DNA of 59,702 bases, the filler included. It is 4 parts of 4 records of this genome, joined end to end, with 100 filler letters (N's around TTAATTAATTAA, not from the genome) between each part and the next. Parts side by side here need not be neighbours in the genome. Positions count along the whole stretch, not along the records: positions 46,654 to 59,702 come from SRR2962707_4225; 3 more parts are not named here. The stretch is one strand, 5' to 3'. Under the pieces are notes generated by a model. The model was not told the DNA's origin. It made no database searches and saw only the letters and a program-made list of their open reading frames with translations. Below are positions 59,698 through 59,702 of this stretch, in pieces; the stretch's first letter is position 1, and every line of letters starts with the position of its first letter. Position numbers and translations under genes: made by a program.

Positions 59698-59702
59698 GAA
59701 AT

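Overview
This window is not one locus. It is four unrelated contigs joined by artificial N44-TTAATTAATTAA-N44 spacers. Taxonomic labels below are inferred from gene content and protein similarity as I recall it, not from a search. (1) 1-20779: lower-GC Rhizobiales-like chromosome running from a partial tRNA-Asn to tRNA-Leu. It carries Crp/Fnr, a cfa-like methylase and an MFS gene each with a sigmaE/ChrR-type promoter, cysK-sseA, an orphan lipoprotein, a Tat-OmpA protein, ald/aldR, a G2-like class III aroA, ilvA and trkH. (2) 20880-30227: high-GC Devosia-like contig with a PleC/DivJ-family kinase, HD-GYP, cobT/cobS, an aspartic protease, a membrane alpha/beta hydrolase, a deaminase and dusA. 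(3) 30328-46553: Roseobacter-group contig with clpP, phoX with Pho boxes, arsR-arsP, znuA/zur-znuCB, and a kynA-kynU-anthranilate-CoA ligase-ABC operon. (4) 46654-59702: Marinobacter-like core region miaA-mutL-amiB-tsaE-nnr-queG-orn-rsgA-motBA-psd-epmA-efp. I found no CRISPR array, transposase, integrase or phage gene, and no clearly new multi-gene system. The best leads are regulatory or functional: a 21-bp-period GlpR-like triple repeat before an uncharacterised multi-TM hydrolase, an RBS-occluding hairpin before a Tat-exported OmpA-domain protein, a two-Cys ArsR plus ArsP module behind phoX, a split sigmaE mini-regulon, a class III EPSPS, and a fused Trp-to-anthraniloyl-CoA operon.
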